Source: a virus (taxonomy: Duplodnaviria > Caudoviricetes). Taken from it: a DNA stretch of 30,675 nt. Below the pieces are notes generated by a model, which was given only the letters and a program-made list of their open reading frames with translations, did no database searches and was not told the origin of the DNA. The DNA is taken from IMG/VR virus record IMGVR_UViG_3300006737_000111, positions 1-30,675 of that record. The stretch is one strand, 5' to 3'. The position numbers were made by a program, and so were the translations under genes. Positions 17,380 to 27,239 of this stretch are shown here, piece after piece; position 1 is the first letter of the stretch, and every line of letters begins with the position of its first letter.

Positions 17380-20300
17380 ATGATAAATCCTCAAAAAGCA
17401 GTTGAATGGTATAAGGGACAATATAATACTTTAGGAGAAAGTGATTATGATATTTATGAAAAATTAAAAAATATCTATACCAAAGATAAAAATGGTGTAA
17501 ACTACGAATATCCAGAAAACCCTTATAAACCTAGAATAACCCAACCTATTCCAACAGAACAAGAATTAAACGAAAAAGCTAATCCAGGTTTTTTTGAAAA
17601 AATACTTACAGCAAATTTATCTGAAGCATATGCAGAAGACGGTAATTGGTGGGGAGAAGCCTATAATAAATCAATAGCTGGTACTATATATCAAATTATG
17701 CATGGAGAGGCTAAATACGAAGAATCTGGCATAGATAGAGCGTGGTATGATGAGGCTGGTCAATTTTTTGTTGGCTTAGTTTCCCCTATTGATGTATTGA
17801 CATTTTTTGGTAGTAGTGCTATTGGTGGAGCTGCTGCAAAAACTATTGCATCAGGGCCATTACGTAATATGGCAACAAAAGGGTTTTCTCAAATGTTACA
17901 AAAGTCTGGTGCAAATAGAGCTACAAGACAAGCAATGGCTGGAGGATTTCATAACTATTTAGCAAGAGGTGCTGGTATTGAATCAGGATTCAGTCTTGCT
18001 ACATATGGTGCAGCTGGTGGAGCATTGCAAGATGCAGCACAGCAATCTAGTGAAATTAAACAAGGCGTAAGAAATGAAATGGATTATTTGCAAACTACAT
18101 GGAATGCAACAAAACATGGAGCAAGTAGTCTGGCTTTAGGTGCTGCAGCTGGTTATGTTACAAAAGGTTTAATGGCTCCTAAATTTGCTAAAGCTAAAAT
18201 GGCTTCAGATGTATCGTTTGCTAATAAAGTTACAAAATTAACAATGAATCCAGCTGGTCAAGTGGTTGCTGAAGGCACATTATTTGGTACAGGTCAATTG
18301 GCTGAACGTGCGCTTATGGGAGAAAAAGTTGACATGGATGATTGGCTGTCAAGTATATTTATGAACACAGCAATCGTTGGTGGCTTAAGAGCATCTACAA
18401 AGCCCTTACGTATAGGTCAAGGAGATGTTGAAAGGTATACAAAAGCTAAAAAAGAATTTTATGGTGATATATTTGAAAAAGCTGGGTTTACAACAAAAAA
18501 AGACCCTTTAAGTAAAACGCATGATTTATTAGACATAGGAGAAAGAGGCGAAATATCTAGTAGGTATGAAAAATTAAAAAACATAGAAAATGAACTTACT
18601 GCTGCTGGAGTTGCTACACCAGAAGCATTAATAAAAGAAAAAATGCTTATTGAAGCAGAAGCAAGAGATGTTTTAATTGCAATGCCAGAATTTAGTAAAA
18701 ATCTTGAAAAATATAATAAAAATTTATCTAAAATTGATGATATTTCAAAACTTGGCAGTAGAAAAGAAAGGGCAAAGACGAGAGCAGGATTATTAAAAGA
18801 ATTTGGATATATTAATAATACATTGTATGCAATATATAAAGAAATGCGTGCTGGCATTGATAAGTTTTTTACTGCTGATGAATTATCAACAAAAGAAAAA
18901 AGAACTGTCATTGAAAAACAATTAGATAAAAAAATAAAATCATTAGAAGATGTAAATGAAATGGTAAATCTAGGCGCATTAAATGACCCTGGAGCAGCTA
19001 AAAAAATGAGAACTAAATTTGCAGATAGCTTTGATGTATCTGTAAAAGAAGTTAAAAATAAAGAAGGTGATATTATTGGCTATGAACCTATACTAACAAC
19101 ACCTAAAGGTAATAAAATAGAAACAGGGGTTAGGACAAAAGATTTTAATGAAGCATTGACTGTTGGAGAAGGGCTAAAGAAAACATACAAACAAGAATTA
19201 TTAAAACAAAGAGACCCTCTTAAAAAAGAAACTACAGAAGGGGTAAAGTTAGACAAGGAAACATTGGAAGGATTACCAGAATTTGAATCTCCTGGAATTG
19301 AATATGTAGTTACTTCAAAAGATAAAGCTATTGAGGCAAAAGATACGTTTACGGAAATAAGCGACCCAAGTAAGCCTTTTGTAGAATCAAAAGGTATTGG
19401 AAAAGATTTAGCAGATATAAAAAACATGCTTGTAGAAACAAGAAATGTTGGAGACATGAATATAAAACAATTCCAATATGATAAACTTGTAAAAGAGTAT
19501 AATGATTTTATTAGAACAGACAAACCTAGAAAAAAAAGTGATTATGATATTAAAAAAGATATATTTGAATCAGGGCAAACAAAACATATATTAAAAGGTC
19601 TGGTAGGTAAAGACCCAGTTGATATTGTTACTGCCTATAAAATGGCTGAATATTTATATTCACAAACTTTAGGAACATCTCCTAAAAAGAATACAAAAAC
19701 AGCAATTAAAATTATAGGTTATTTAAATTCAGAAGGAAAAAATTTCTACCAATTATCAGGTATGGAAATTGCACAATTAATAAAAAATGGAATACCGTCA
19801 TATAAAACATCATATGTTTCTGATGGGAAAAAAATAACTAAAAATATTTCATCAGTAAATTTATTAACTTCTTCAGGTGTTGCAACTATTAGTCAATTAA
19901 ATAAAGTTGCCAGAAGTTTAGATTTTATATCTGGAGATAAAAGTTTAATGACAGAAGCTACTGTTAAAGGATTTAATAAAACTTTAAATGAATCTAGGGG
20001 TAAAAATGTAAAACCTGCAAAAGAAGGGATTAGAAGGCATGCTATAGAAAAAGGAAAACAACTATCAGAGCAAACAAATGATAGGGGATATCAGATTGCT
20101 GCAGAATTAGCTGCTAAATATGGTTTTAGAGATTCAGAAATTAACAAAATAACACCTGATGTAGTTAAACAGTTACTTAAAAAAGATGGTAACGATTACT
20201 ATTTTGATATGGGCCCAAATGTTAGAAAATTTAAAACACCAGAAAGAATTGTATGGATAGATAGTCCTTTAGCAGAGCTTTTAATGAATTATACTGGTGA

Positions 20301-23300
20301 TTTATCTAGTGGTAAAGGTAAATATGTTACTCGATTAGGACAATCATTTAATAAAGACTTTGTAGCTAATGAAAAATCAAAATTCACAGACACAAGAAGA
20401 AGAATGCAAACAAAAGGTGGAGAAAAATTAAGTGGGCCAGAATACAGAGAGATGAATTTTCTTTTGGGTCATGATTTAAGCGCAATTAAACAAATTTATG
20501 ATGTGCCAACAAAATCAAATATTATAGCATCTCAAAAAGCATTGCACAAAAAACTTGGTTCTCCTATAGAAAATGTAAAATTTAAAGAAGGTGCAAGTAA
20601 AGGGCCATTTAAAATGGGATTTGACCCTGCTAGGGAAAGATTCCTTGATACATGGGCAGCAAAAGATAAATTATCACCTGGACAATTACAACAAATAAAA
20701 CTAGGGAAAGGCATATTGGGCATGTTTATTGATGCTGCAGAAGGCGCAATATTACTTGCTAAAGATAGGTTTCAACCAACAGATTTCTTTCATGAAAAAT
20801 TTCATAAAGTAAAAGCATACGCAAGAGATGTAAATGATGTAAAATTATTAAAATCTTTAAGTAGATTAGAACAATTAGCCAAAAACACTCCTGAGTACAA
20901 ACAATGGAAAAGTAAAAAGCAAAATAAAAACAGAGATATGGAAGAGTTTACAGCAGATGTTACTGGTGATAAAGCTCAAGCAATATCATTTGCTCCTAAT
21001 GTATTTGCTAAGATTAAACAAGCTATACAGCAAGTTGTATCAAGGATTAAAACAATAGTAGGTGTAGGTAATTTTAATGATTATGCAAACGTTATGGCTA
21101 AAAGATTGACACAGAAGCTAGATACAACAGGTGTACAATTTACAGGCGGTAAGGCTAAATTTAAAATTAGTGATGCATCTTTTGATTCACCTAATAAATA
21201 TAAAAATGCTATAAATAGACAAATAAGAAATGTTGTTAAAGAGTATAATGTAAGTGGTAAAGATTTTATAGAATATGTTGCTAGCACAGCAGAAGGAATT
21301 AATTCTAAAGATTACATTATTCCTAAATCAATAAATCCTAATTCTAAAAACTATGTACAACAAATTGAAAAATTAAATTCTTTTGCTAAAAGGCTTGATG
21401 AAGTTTTACAAGGAGATTTGAACCAATATATAAATCAAAAAGATGCATTTAAAAAATTAACTCTTATTGGTCAAATTGAAAGAGCGCAATTGCCAGTCAA
21501 TATTACAAAAGCTAAACAAATTAAAATTGTAAAAGATGTGTATAAGTCAGAAGACGGTAATCTATTTAACCTGTCTACTAAAGATTTACAAAACTATAAA
21601 GAATATGTTATTAATCAAAAAAATGTTGAAAGCGATAAAATTGGTTGGAATACAAAAAGCGAAATAAATAATATTATTGCAAACACTTTTGAAGGGCCAG
21701 GGAAAGGATTAACAAAAGAAGCAACAATGTTTTTAGGGACTTCTCATAAAGCGATAGGTAAAATTGGATTAAAAACAATGCAAGAAAAGTTACTAACACA
21801 TGAATCAATACAAGAAAATAATAAAGCAGGTTTATTATATTTTAATGACAATGGATTAAAAGTTGTTGGTGGTAACTTTATGACCAGAGAAGCTAAATTT
21901 TCAAAAATGAAAGATAACATGGTTGTTGCTTTAGATAACAACGGGGAAATGTTATTAGCACTACAAAAAGCAAAAACTGAATATGGAAAAAGATTACCTA
22001 AAGGAGAAAATAAAATAATAAATGAAGCTCAGTCATTTTTTGACAAAGCTGTATTGCCAGAGTGGAAAGAAACAATTAGAACAAGAAGAGATGGTAAATC
22101 TTTTGGTGATGGATTAGCTAAAAAGAACAAAGATGGTAGTTATAAATATTTAAACACAAATACCAAAGAAGGTAAAATTGCTGTTTTATATATAGAAAAC
22201 ATACAAAAAGGATTTGGTAAAGAAAAATTTGAATCTGCTTTAAGGCAAAACACAAATCAGGCAGAGTTTGAGTTTTTAATGAAAAACAGTGATATTAAAT
22301 TTTTTGAAGATGGTATTTATATCACAAGGTCAATAACAGCAGGTGCAAAAAGAGCTTTACATTTAAAAGAGGGAGCTAAAAGTAGAGCCATTATAAATAT
22401 AGCTCAGAGTATAGCTGCAAGAAGAGCAAAAGAAAAATATGGTAAAAATTATACTAAAGAACAATTAAGTAAAGAACTTGAGATGTCTATGCTTGTTGCG
22501 GAACAAAGATACCAGGATGCATTATTTTTTAACCCAAGTAAAATTTCAATTAAATATTTAAAAGAAAGATATGAATTACAAGATTTATACGTAGAAAATG
22601 AAAAAGGTAAATTAATTAGAACCTATGAACATCAATTTGATAGGACTGTAAATCCATATGTAGCTGGAATGGCTAAATTTTACGCAACATTAGAAATGTT
22701 TCCAGAAGCAATACAAGGCATGAAACCTGGAAATGGTATCAACCAAGTATTTAAAAATTTAAAATCAGAACTAAAAGGCGTAAAAGAAAAAGAAATAAAT
22801 TGGGTACAAGACGTTGTTCAGAAACAATTAGGAACAGATAAATCTGCGGCTCCATATGAACTTTCATACAGGACTCTTGAAGCTACTGCAAGGATTGTAG
22901 CAAAACTAGGACTGAGTTTCCCAACAGCAGGACTTAAAAATATAGTAACAGGTACTACTCAAACAGTTTTTGCACATCGTGTAAGAGATATAGCTCAAGG
23001 TTTTGCGTTAGTTCTTGCAAAGGATGCAGAGGTTTATAAAAGGGCTTTGGATAGTAATGCTTTTAGTATTGGTAATATATTATATGAAGGCAGGAACCTT
23101 GCAGATAGAGCATTGGATGCAACTGCATTTAAAGCTGGTTTTATGAAACCTACAGAAAAGTTTAATAGGCTTCTTGCAATAGCTAGTTCTATAGCAGAAC
23201 AAAAAAGATTATTAAATAATATATCTGCTCACCCTAAAAACAGCAAAATATATAATCGTTCTGTAGATAGATTGAAATCATTTTATTTTTTAAATGATAA

Positions 23301-24465
23301 AGAAATAGGCATAAGAAGAAAATACGGTGATTCTAAAGAAGTAAAAGCTGATAACAGTTTATCTAATTTAGATAAAATAAAATTAATGAGGAATGTAGAA
23401 AACATAAATAATAAAATGAATTTATATTCACACGTTAATACTCAAGGGTCTTCAGCTGATTTATTTATGCCAAAGTTTGCAGGAGCAGAAGGAATAAGAC
23501 CATTAACACTTTTTAAAAGAATGGCTTATGCGGCAACTGATAATACTCAAAATAATATAAGAGAATCAATTAGAAATAGAAATTTAATGAAACCTGTTAT
23601 GGGTCTTGCTGCAACATATGTATCAGGCAGCGTAATGATGGGTGTATATAAAGCTTTACTTAACACTGATATGCCTAAAGAAAATTCTGATTGGTGGACA
23701 AGATTTAAAACTACAATGTGGAAAGGTGAATTGTTTGGAATAATGTCAGAAGTTGTTAGTCCATTTGATACTGGTTTTCAACAAACCTTAGAACCTGCAA
23801 TATATAACACAATATCTACTATGGTTATGGAAATAGGTCAATTGGCTGACGGTAAATCTAATTTTAGTCAATTTGGTGAAAATATAATGAAAGGAACATT
23901 TTCTGGATATAGTAATGCTTTAAAAATAAAAGAACGTAAGTTTAATAAATTGAATAGTAATAGGATTAGAATATCAAAACTTTACAGAGATTTTATGGAA
24001 GAAAAAGGTAAGCCTATGCCAGAGGAAATGCAAAAAAATGAATTGTCCCCTTATTATAAAGATTTTAAAGATAGTTTTTATTTACAGGGAAAAGAAGAAT
24101 TTGCTGAACATTTCTTTGCTACATTTTTTGCCATTGCTCATGATAGGGTTAGATTTGGAAGGTCTATGGATGTCGCTTTTAAAGAAGCCGAATCTATGAT
24201 TAAAGGAAAATTAAGACAACTAAATCCAAATAAAGGCAGTTTATATAAATCAAGCAAAAAAGGCAAAAGAAATTCATTAGAGTTCATTAAATGGTTACAA
24301 CAATCTAAAGACGCTAAAGAATTAACCATGACTTTATTTGAATCTGAATCTGAATACAGAAAAAGATTAATAGAGTTCATGAAACATCTTCCTGTTTATG
24401 CAAGAAAACATAATATTAAAAACTTTTATGATGACCATGATTGGTCAGTAGAGCAAGGATTTTAA
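17380..24465 (+). CDS. Giant putative ejection/polyvalent protein with embedded tyrosine-recombinase-like and zincin (HExxH) domains
   Basis: 2361 aa, last gene of the structural arm. Ala/Gly-rich hydrophobic N-region; GFR917DSE, K950/952, TDTR1006, LLGH1031..QIY1040; HEKFH 1138-1142 plus EE 1188-89. Confidence 0.75.
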   Translation: MINPQKAVEWYKGQYNTLGESDYDIYEKLKNIYTKDKNGVNYEYPENPYKPRITQPIPTEQELNEKANPGFFEKILTANLSEAYAEDGNWWGEAYNKSIAGTIYQIMHGEAKYEESGIDRAWYDEAGQFFVGLVSPIDVLTFFGSSAIGGAAAKTIASGPLRNMATKGFSQMLQKSGANRATRQAMAGGFHNYLARGAGIESGFSLATYGAAGGALQDAAQQSSEIKQGVRNEMDYLQTTWNATKHGASSLALGAAAGYVTKGLMAPKFAKAKMASDVSFANKVTKLTMNPAGQVVAEGTLFGTGQLAERALMGEKVDMDDWLSSIFMNTAIVGGLRASTKPLRIGQGDVERYTKAKKEFYGDIFEKAGFTTKKDPLSKTHDLLDIGERGEISSRYEKLKNIENELTAAGVATPEALIKEKMLIEAEARDVLIAMPEFSKNLEKYNKNLSKIDDISKLGSRKERAKTRAGLLKEFGYINNTLYAIYKEMRAGIDKFFTADELSTKEKRTVIEKQLDKKIKSLEDVNEMVNLGALNDPGAAKKMRTKFADSFDVSVKEVKNKEGDIIGYEPILTTPKGNKIETGVRTKDFNEALTVGEGLKKTYKQELLKQRDPLKKETTEGVKLDKETLEGLPEFESPGIEYVVTSKDKAIEAKDTFTEISDPSKPFVESKGIGKDLADIKNMLVETRNVGDMNIKQFQYDKLVKEYNDFIRTDKPRKKSDYDIKKDIFESGQTKHILKGLVGKDPVDIVTAYKMAEYLYSQTLGTSPKKNTKTAIKIIGYLNSEGKNFYQLSGMEIAQLIKNGIPSYKTSYVSDGKKITKNISSVNLLTSSGVATISQLNKVARSLDFISGDKSLMTEATVKGFNKTLNESRGKNVKPAKEGIRRHAIEKGKQLSEQTNDRGYQIAAELAAKYGFRDSEINKITPDVVKQLLKKDGNDYYFDMGPNVRKFKTPERIVWIDSPLAELLMNYTGDLSSGKGKYVTRLGQSFNKDFVANEKSKFTDTRRRMQTKGGEKLSGPEYREMNFLLGHDLSAIKQIYDVPTKSNIIASQKALHKKLGSPIENVKFKEGASKGPFKMGFDPARERFLDTWAAKDKLSPGQLQQIKLGKGILGMFIDAAEGAILLAKDRFQPTDFFHEKFHKVKAYARDVNDVKLLKSLSRLEQLAKNTPEYKQWKSKKQNKNRDMEEFTADVTGDKAQAISFAPNVFAKIKQAIQQVVSRIKTIVGVGNFNDYANVMAKRLTQKLDTTGVQFTGGKAKFKISDASFDSPNKYKNAINRQIRNVVKEYNVSGKDFIEYVASTAEGINSKDYIIPKSINPNSKNYVQQIEKLNSFAKRLDEVLQGDLNQYINQKDAFKKLTLIGQIERAQLPVNITKAKQIKIVKDVYKSEDGNLFNLSTKDLQNYKEYVINQKNVESDKIGWNTKSEINNIIANTFEGPGKGLTKEATMFLGTSHKAIGKIGLKTMQEKLLTHESIQENNKAGLLYFNDNGLKVVGGNFMTREAKFSKMKDNMVVALDNNGEMLLALQKAKTEYGKRLPKGENKIINEAQSFFDKAVLPEWKETIRTRRDGKSFGDGLAKKNKDGSYKYLNTNTKEGKIAVLYIENIQKGFGKEKFESALRQNTNQAEFEFLMKNSDIKFFEDGIYITRSITAGAKRALHLKEGAKSRAIINIAQSIAARRAKEKYGKNYTKEQLSKELEMSMLVAEQRYQDALFFNPSKISIKYLKERYELQDLYVENEKGKLIRTYEHQFDRTVNPYVAGMAKFYATLEMFPEAIQGMKPGNGINQVFKNLKSELKGVKEKEINWVQDVVQKQLGTDKSAAPYELSYRTLEATARIVAKLGLSFPTAGLKNIVTGTTQTVFAHRVRDIAQGFALVLAKDAEVYKRALDSNAFSIGNILYEGRNLADRALDATAFKAGFMKPTEKFNRLLAIASSIAEQKRLLNNISAHPKNSKIYNRSVDRLKSFYFLNDKEIGIRRKYGDSKEVKADNSLSNLDKIKLMRNVENINNKMNLYSHVNTQGSSADLFMPKFAGAEGIRPLTLFKRMAYAATDNTQNNIRESIRNRNLMKPVMGLAATYVSGSVMMGVYKALLNTDMPKENSDWWTRFKTTMWKGELFGIMSEVVSPFDTGFQQTLEPAIYNTISTMVMEIGQLADGKSNFSQFGENIMKGTFSGYSNALKIKERKFNKLNSNRIRISKLYRDFMEEKGKPMPEEMQKNELSPYYKDFKDSFYLQGKEEFAEHFFATFFAIAHDRVRFGRSMDVAFKEAESMIKGKLRQLNPNKGSLYKSSKKGKRNSLEFIKWLQQSKDAKELTMTLFESESEYRKRLIEFMKHLPVYARKHNIKNFYDDHDWSVEQGF

Positions 24466-24947
24466 CCCCAAAGTTCTTTAATTGGCAGCAATGCCATTTG
24501 ACTCATATTATCATCCCCACCCATTACCATTTTTAATTTACCATCTTTATAGCGTTTTTTTATTAAAACCTTAAGTGAGTCTACCTGGAATATAAATCCG
24601 CCCTGTATAACCCCTTTATAGCTCAATAAATGTACCCATGTGCTTGATTCAGTGGTAGAAATGCCTGATGGATAGCCTTTATACTTCAATTCTATAGCTA
24701 TATTACCAGTTGTTTTCCAAATATCTCTTTCTGTTTTTACTTCTATTTTATTGTTGCCGTTTTGCATATCGTCAACAAACTTTTCTCCAAGTTGACCAAA
24801 TTTTAAATCTAAGTCAAACCCTTTAGCGTACTCTTCTGTTACTTTCACCCATTCACCTCCCTTGTTTCTATAGCATTCTCCAAATATTCTTATTATATCT
24901 TGTAAATATATCAATCTATAAAATATTCCTCTTTTGCATAATGGCAT
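24462..24947 (-). CDS. PD-(D/E)XK-like nuclease / hypothetical protein
   Basis: FDLDLKFGQLGE..KIEVKTERDIWKTTGNIAIE motif. True start probably TTG 24914 or GTG 24848 (GGAGG 7 nt upstream). Confidence 0.6.
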   Translation of the reverse strand: MPLCKRGIFYRLIYLQDIIRIFGECYRNKGGEWVKVTEEYAKGFDLDLKFGQLGEKFVDDMQNGNNKIEVKTERDIWKTTGNIAIELKYKGYPSGISTTESSTWVHLLSYKGVIQGGFIFQVDSLKVLIKKRYKDGKLKMVMGGDDNMSQMALLPIKELWG

Positions 24948-25417
24948 ATTAATATTGCATCAGCAGTTTTTAATGTAACCTTTTTCAATTCAGGGTATAG
25001 TTCCTTTGCTTTTGTTTTTAACCATCGCTTTCTATCTGCAACTGGCAATGCTTTAGGACATCCTACCCACTTAATCCAATCGTTTGGCAACGCTGTATAC
25101 ATTTTTATTTCATATGATGCTGCAATACCAAGCCACTGACCATAATTAACACCATATGTAAATGCGGCTCTTACAGCGTTTCCTGGTCTTGCCCATACTC
25201 TCTCCATTAATAGCTTAACATTATCTGGAGCAGTATCTCCTATTATTATCTTAAATGTCATTGACATGTCTAAAACTTTTTCAGGGCATTTATATGCATC
25301 TATATTGCCCTTTTCATCAATAACAGTTATCCCACCGCTTTTACCTGGGTCAATCCCTATGTATTTCAAGCTGTTTTGCGTTTTTATTTTCTTGCAATTT
25401 TGTCGCTGCTTTTTCAT
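24911..25417 (-). CDS. ruvC: RuvC-like Holliday junction resolvase
   Basis: IGIDPGKSGG, LMERV, FTYGVNYG, W..W, ADAILI acidic active-site pattern. Confidence 0.85.
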   Translation of the reverse strand: MKKQRQNCKKIKTQNSLKYIGIDPGKSGGITVIDEKGNIDAYKCPEKVLDMSMTFKIIIGDTAPDNVKLLMERVWARPGNAVRAAFTYGVNYGQWLGIAASYEIKMYTALPNDWIKWVGCPKALPVADRKRWLKTKAKELYPELKKVTLKTADAILICHYAKEEYFID

Positions 25418-26732
25418 CTATCGCTTCTCCTGAATCGTTATATATTTTACATCTATTACCTTCGTAAACTAAATCAACATCACCGCTGTCTCCGTATCTC
25501 ACCTTTCCTGCTGATATAGTCAGTGTATTTTTACCTTTACCTGCTTCTCCTCTTACTTTATAGTCATAATAGCTAAAGAATACGTTCTCCGCTACTTGTT
25601 CTATTGCTCCACTCTCTGCTAAATCAGATAGCTGAGGCATTAATGCTTTTCCTCTCACTCCTGCCCTCTCAATCATTCTATTTAATTGTGAAGCCAATAC
25701 AACAACAGCATCCGTTTCTTTCGCAAGCCATTTATAATCATTAACAAGTTTCTCTATTTGTAGTCTTCTTTGGTCTTCTCTGCTATCACATGCAATAAGC
25801 TGTATATAATCATCAAATATAATATCAGGCTTAAACTTTTTAACCTCACTTGACGATGCTGCAAAATCTCTTACATTATCAAACATTAAAAACTTATCGC
25901 TTGAATACTTACTCCTAACAAAAGATAAAGCCTCTTCGAAATGTTTTAAAGAAGTATTAGTCCATATGTTTTTACGCACCTGACCATAATCTAATTTCCC
26001 AGATTCTAAACAAACAATCTTTTTTACAAGCTCTGAGTTTGGTAACTCCCTGCTAAAAAATATAGCTTTATGACCATCTTTAAGAATATTAGCTAGCATA
26101 TTAATCATTACTGTCGTCTTACCATGACCTGGTCTTCCGCCTATAATTGTAATTTCTCCCCTTGTTAAGCCTCCAGAAAAGGCATTTAGTTTACCATAGC
26201 CTGTTGTAATTAATTTTGAAGTCTTATTTTTTATACTATCTACAGTTTCGGATATAACATCATTAATATCAGTAGCCATTGAAGGTCTTATGTTTAAAAT
26301 TTCAGATAAGATTGAATGTGTTTCGCTTATTGTCATATAAATATCACTCTTATTATCTTGAGCATTTTTCTTTATATCATCTGCTTTAACAATAATCTTT
26401 CTTAAAAGATATTTTTCATATAGCTTATTGGCGTAATATTCCGTCATACCCTTTACGCATGTCTCAGAGGTACATCCTGTAATATAATGCTTTGTTAAGC
26501 CTTTATCTATATCTTCCTTAGTTACAGCCATGCATACAGTCAATGTATCAACTGTCTGCCTCTCTCTAATCATTTTCTTTAATTTATTCCAAAGTAGCTT
26601 CGCTCTTCTCTGATAAAAAACATTATCATCAGAAAAGTATCTAGCCACTGCCTCATACTCCCCTGGATTTGCTATTACAGACCCAAGCACAGCATCTTCC
26701 GCCACAATATCATATGGTAGTGCATTTTCCAT
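25350..26732 (-). CDS. dnaB: Replicative DNA helicase, DnaB family
   Basis: N-domain LPYDIVAEDAVLGS; Walker A GRPGHGKT; FSRE; DYIQL; SQLNR; SDLAESGAIEQ; KVRYG arginine finger. Confidence 0.95.
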   Translation of the reverse strand: MENALPYDIVAEDAVLGSVIANPGEYEAVARYFSDDNVFYQRRAKLLWNKLKKMIRERQTVDTLTVCMAVTKEDIDKGLTKHYITGCTSETCVKGMTEYYANKLYEKYLLRKIIVKADDIKKNAQDNKSDIYMTISETHSILSEILNIRPSMATDINDVISETVDSIKNKTSKLITTGYGKLNAFSGGLTRGEITIIGGRPGHGKTTVMINMLANILKDGHKAIFFSRELPNSELVKKIVCLESGKLDYGQVRKNIWTNTSLKHFEEALSFVRSKYSSDKFLMFDNVRDFAASSSEVKKFKPDIIFDDYIQLIACDSREDQRRLQIEKLVNDYKWLAKETDAVVVLASQLNRMIERAGVRGKALMPQLSDLAESGAIEQVAENVFFSYYDYKVRGEAGKGKNTLTISAGKVRYGDSGDVDLVYEGNRCKIYNDSGEAIDEKAATKLQENKNAKQLEIHRD

Positions 26733-26751
26733 TTTTTCTCCCTATTTTTGT

Positions 26752-26937
26752 TTATAACTTATTAAGTAATGCTTGTATCCTAAATTTAACAGCGTTAATA
26801 AGTTTTTCGTCTATTAAAGTTCCGTATTCTGTTATCTCTCCGACATTATTTTGGTAATATCTCAAGTCAGCTTTAAGCCAGTCTATTACTTGCTCTCTGT
26901 CTGTTCTTCCTCGGAACTTGTCTTTGCTTGTTGGCAT
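26752..26937 (-). CDS. Hypothetical protein
   Basis: 61 aa; GGAG RBS upstream; tiles the operon. Confidence 0.6.
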   Translation of the reverse strand: MPTSKDKFRGRTDREQVIDWLKADLRYYQNNVGEITEYGTLIDEKLINAVKFRIQALLNKL

Positions 26938-27239
26938 TGATTCTCCGTTTGTATTATCTCTTTTTCTATTGCATCATACAGTCTGTCAGATGCAACCTCA
27001 TTTACTTTGTACATCTTCATGCCATCTTGAGTTGGGTATCCTTCTATAGGCTCTCCTTTAAAGAATATTCCCCATTCGTTCTCAGATAACACTTTTGATA
27101 ATATTTCATATACTTTCATTATCTTTTCCCTCTTTTTTTTTACTATTTGACTTTTTTTTTGTATCTTTTCCTGCTCCTTTATCGCTTCCTGCAGGCTTAG
27201 AAATATTTTGTTGTTCGTTGTTACGTGAACTATCGCCAT
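26886..27239 (-). CDS. Hypothetical protein
   Basis: Part of track ORF 26886..27314; plausible starts are ATG 27239 or ATG 27119 (GAGGG RBS). Confidence 0.55.
   Translation of the reverse strand: MAIVHVTTNNKIFLSLQEAIKEQEKIQKKSQIVKKKREKIMKVYEILSKVLSENEWGIFFKGEPIEGYPTQDGMKMYKVNEVASDRLYDAIEKEIIQTENQCQQAKTSSEEEQTESK

Noticed and set aside
17968-18020. GIESGFS as a lytic transglycosylase catalytic ES motif
   Set aside because: No following GLMQ-like or AYNxG motifs; it lies in an Ala/Gly-rich membrane-like segment.
1771-24380. Numerous minus-strand ORFs inside + strand genes (e.g. 2273..2674, 5604..6137, 12560..13057, 18459..18911), and + strand ORFs 651..881 and 15608..15853
   Set aside because: Shadow or alternative frames of well-supported genes, with biased S/F/L/I composition and no RBS or motifs.
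17380-24465. Giant protein as a virion RNA polymerase (N4 or crAss/phi14:2 type)
   Set aside because: I found no DxDxD double-psi-barrel motif and no convincing T7-type polymerase motifs by eye.
25590-26060. Non-canonical DnaB motifs (FSRE, DLAESG, EQVAE) as an inactive helicase
   Set aside because: Walker A Lys, catalytic Glu, Walker B Asp, SQLNR and the KxR finger are intact; variation is within what phage helicases show.
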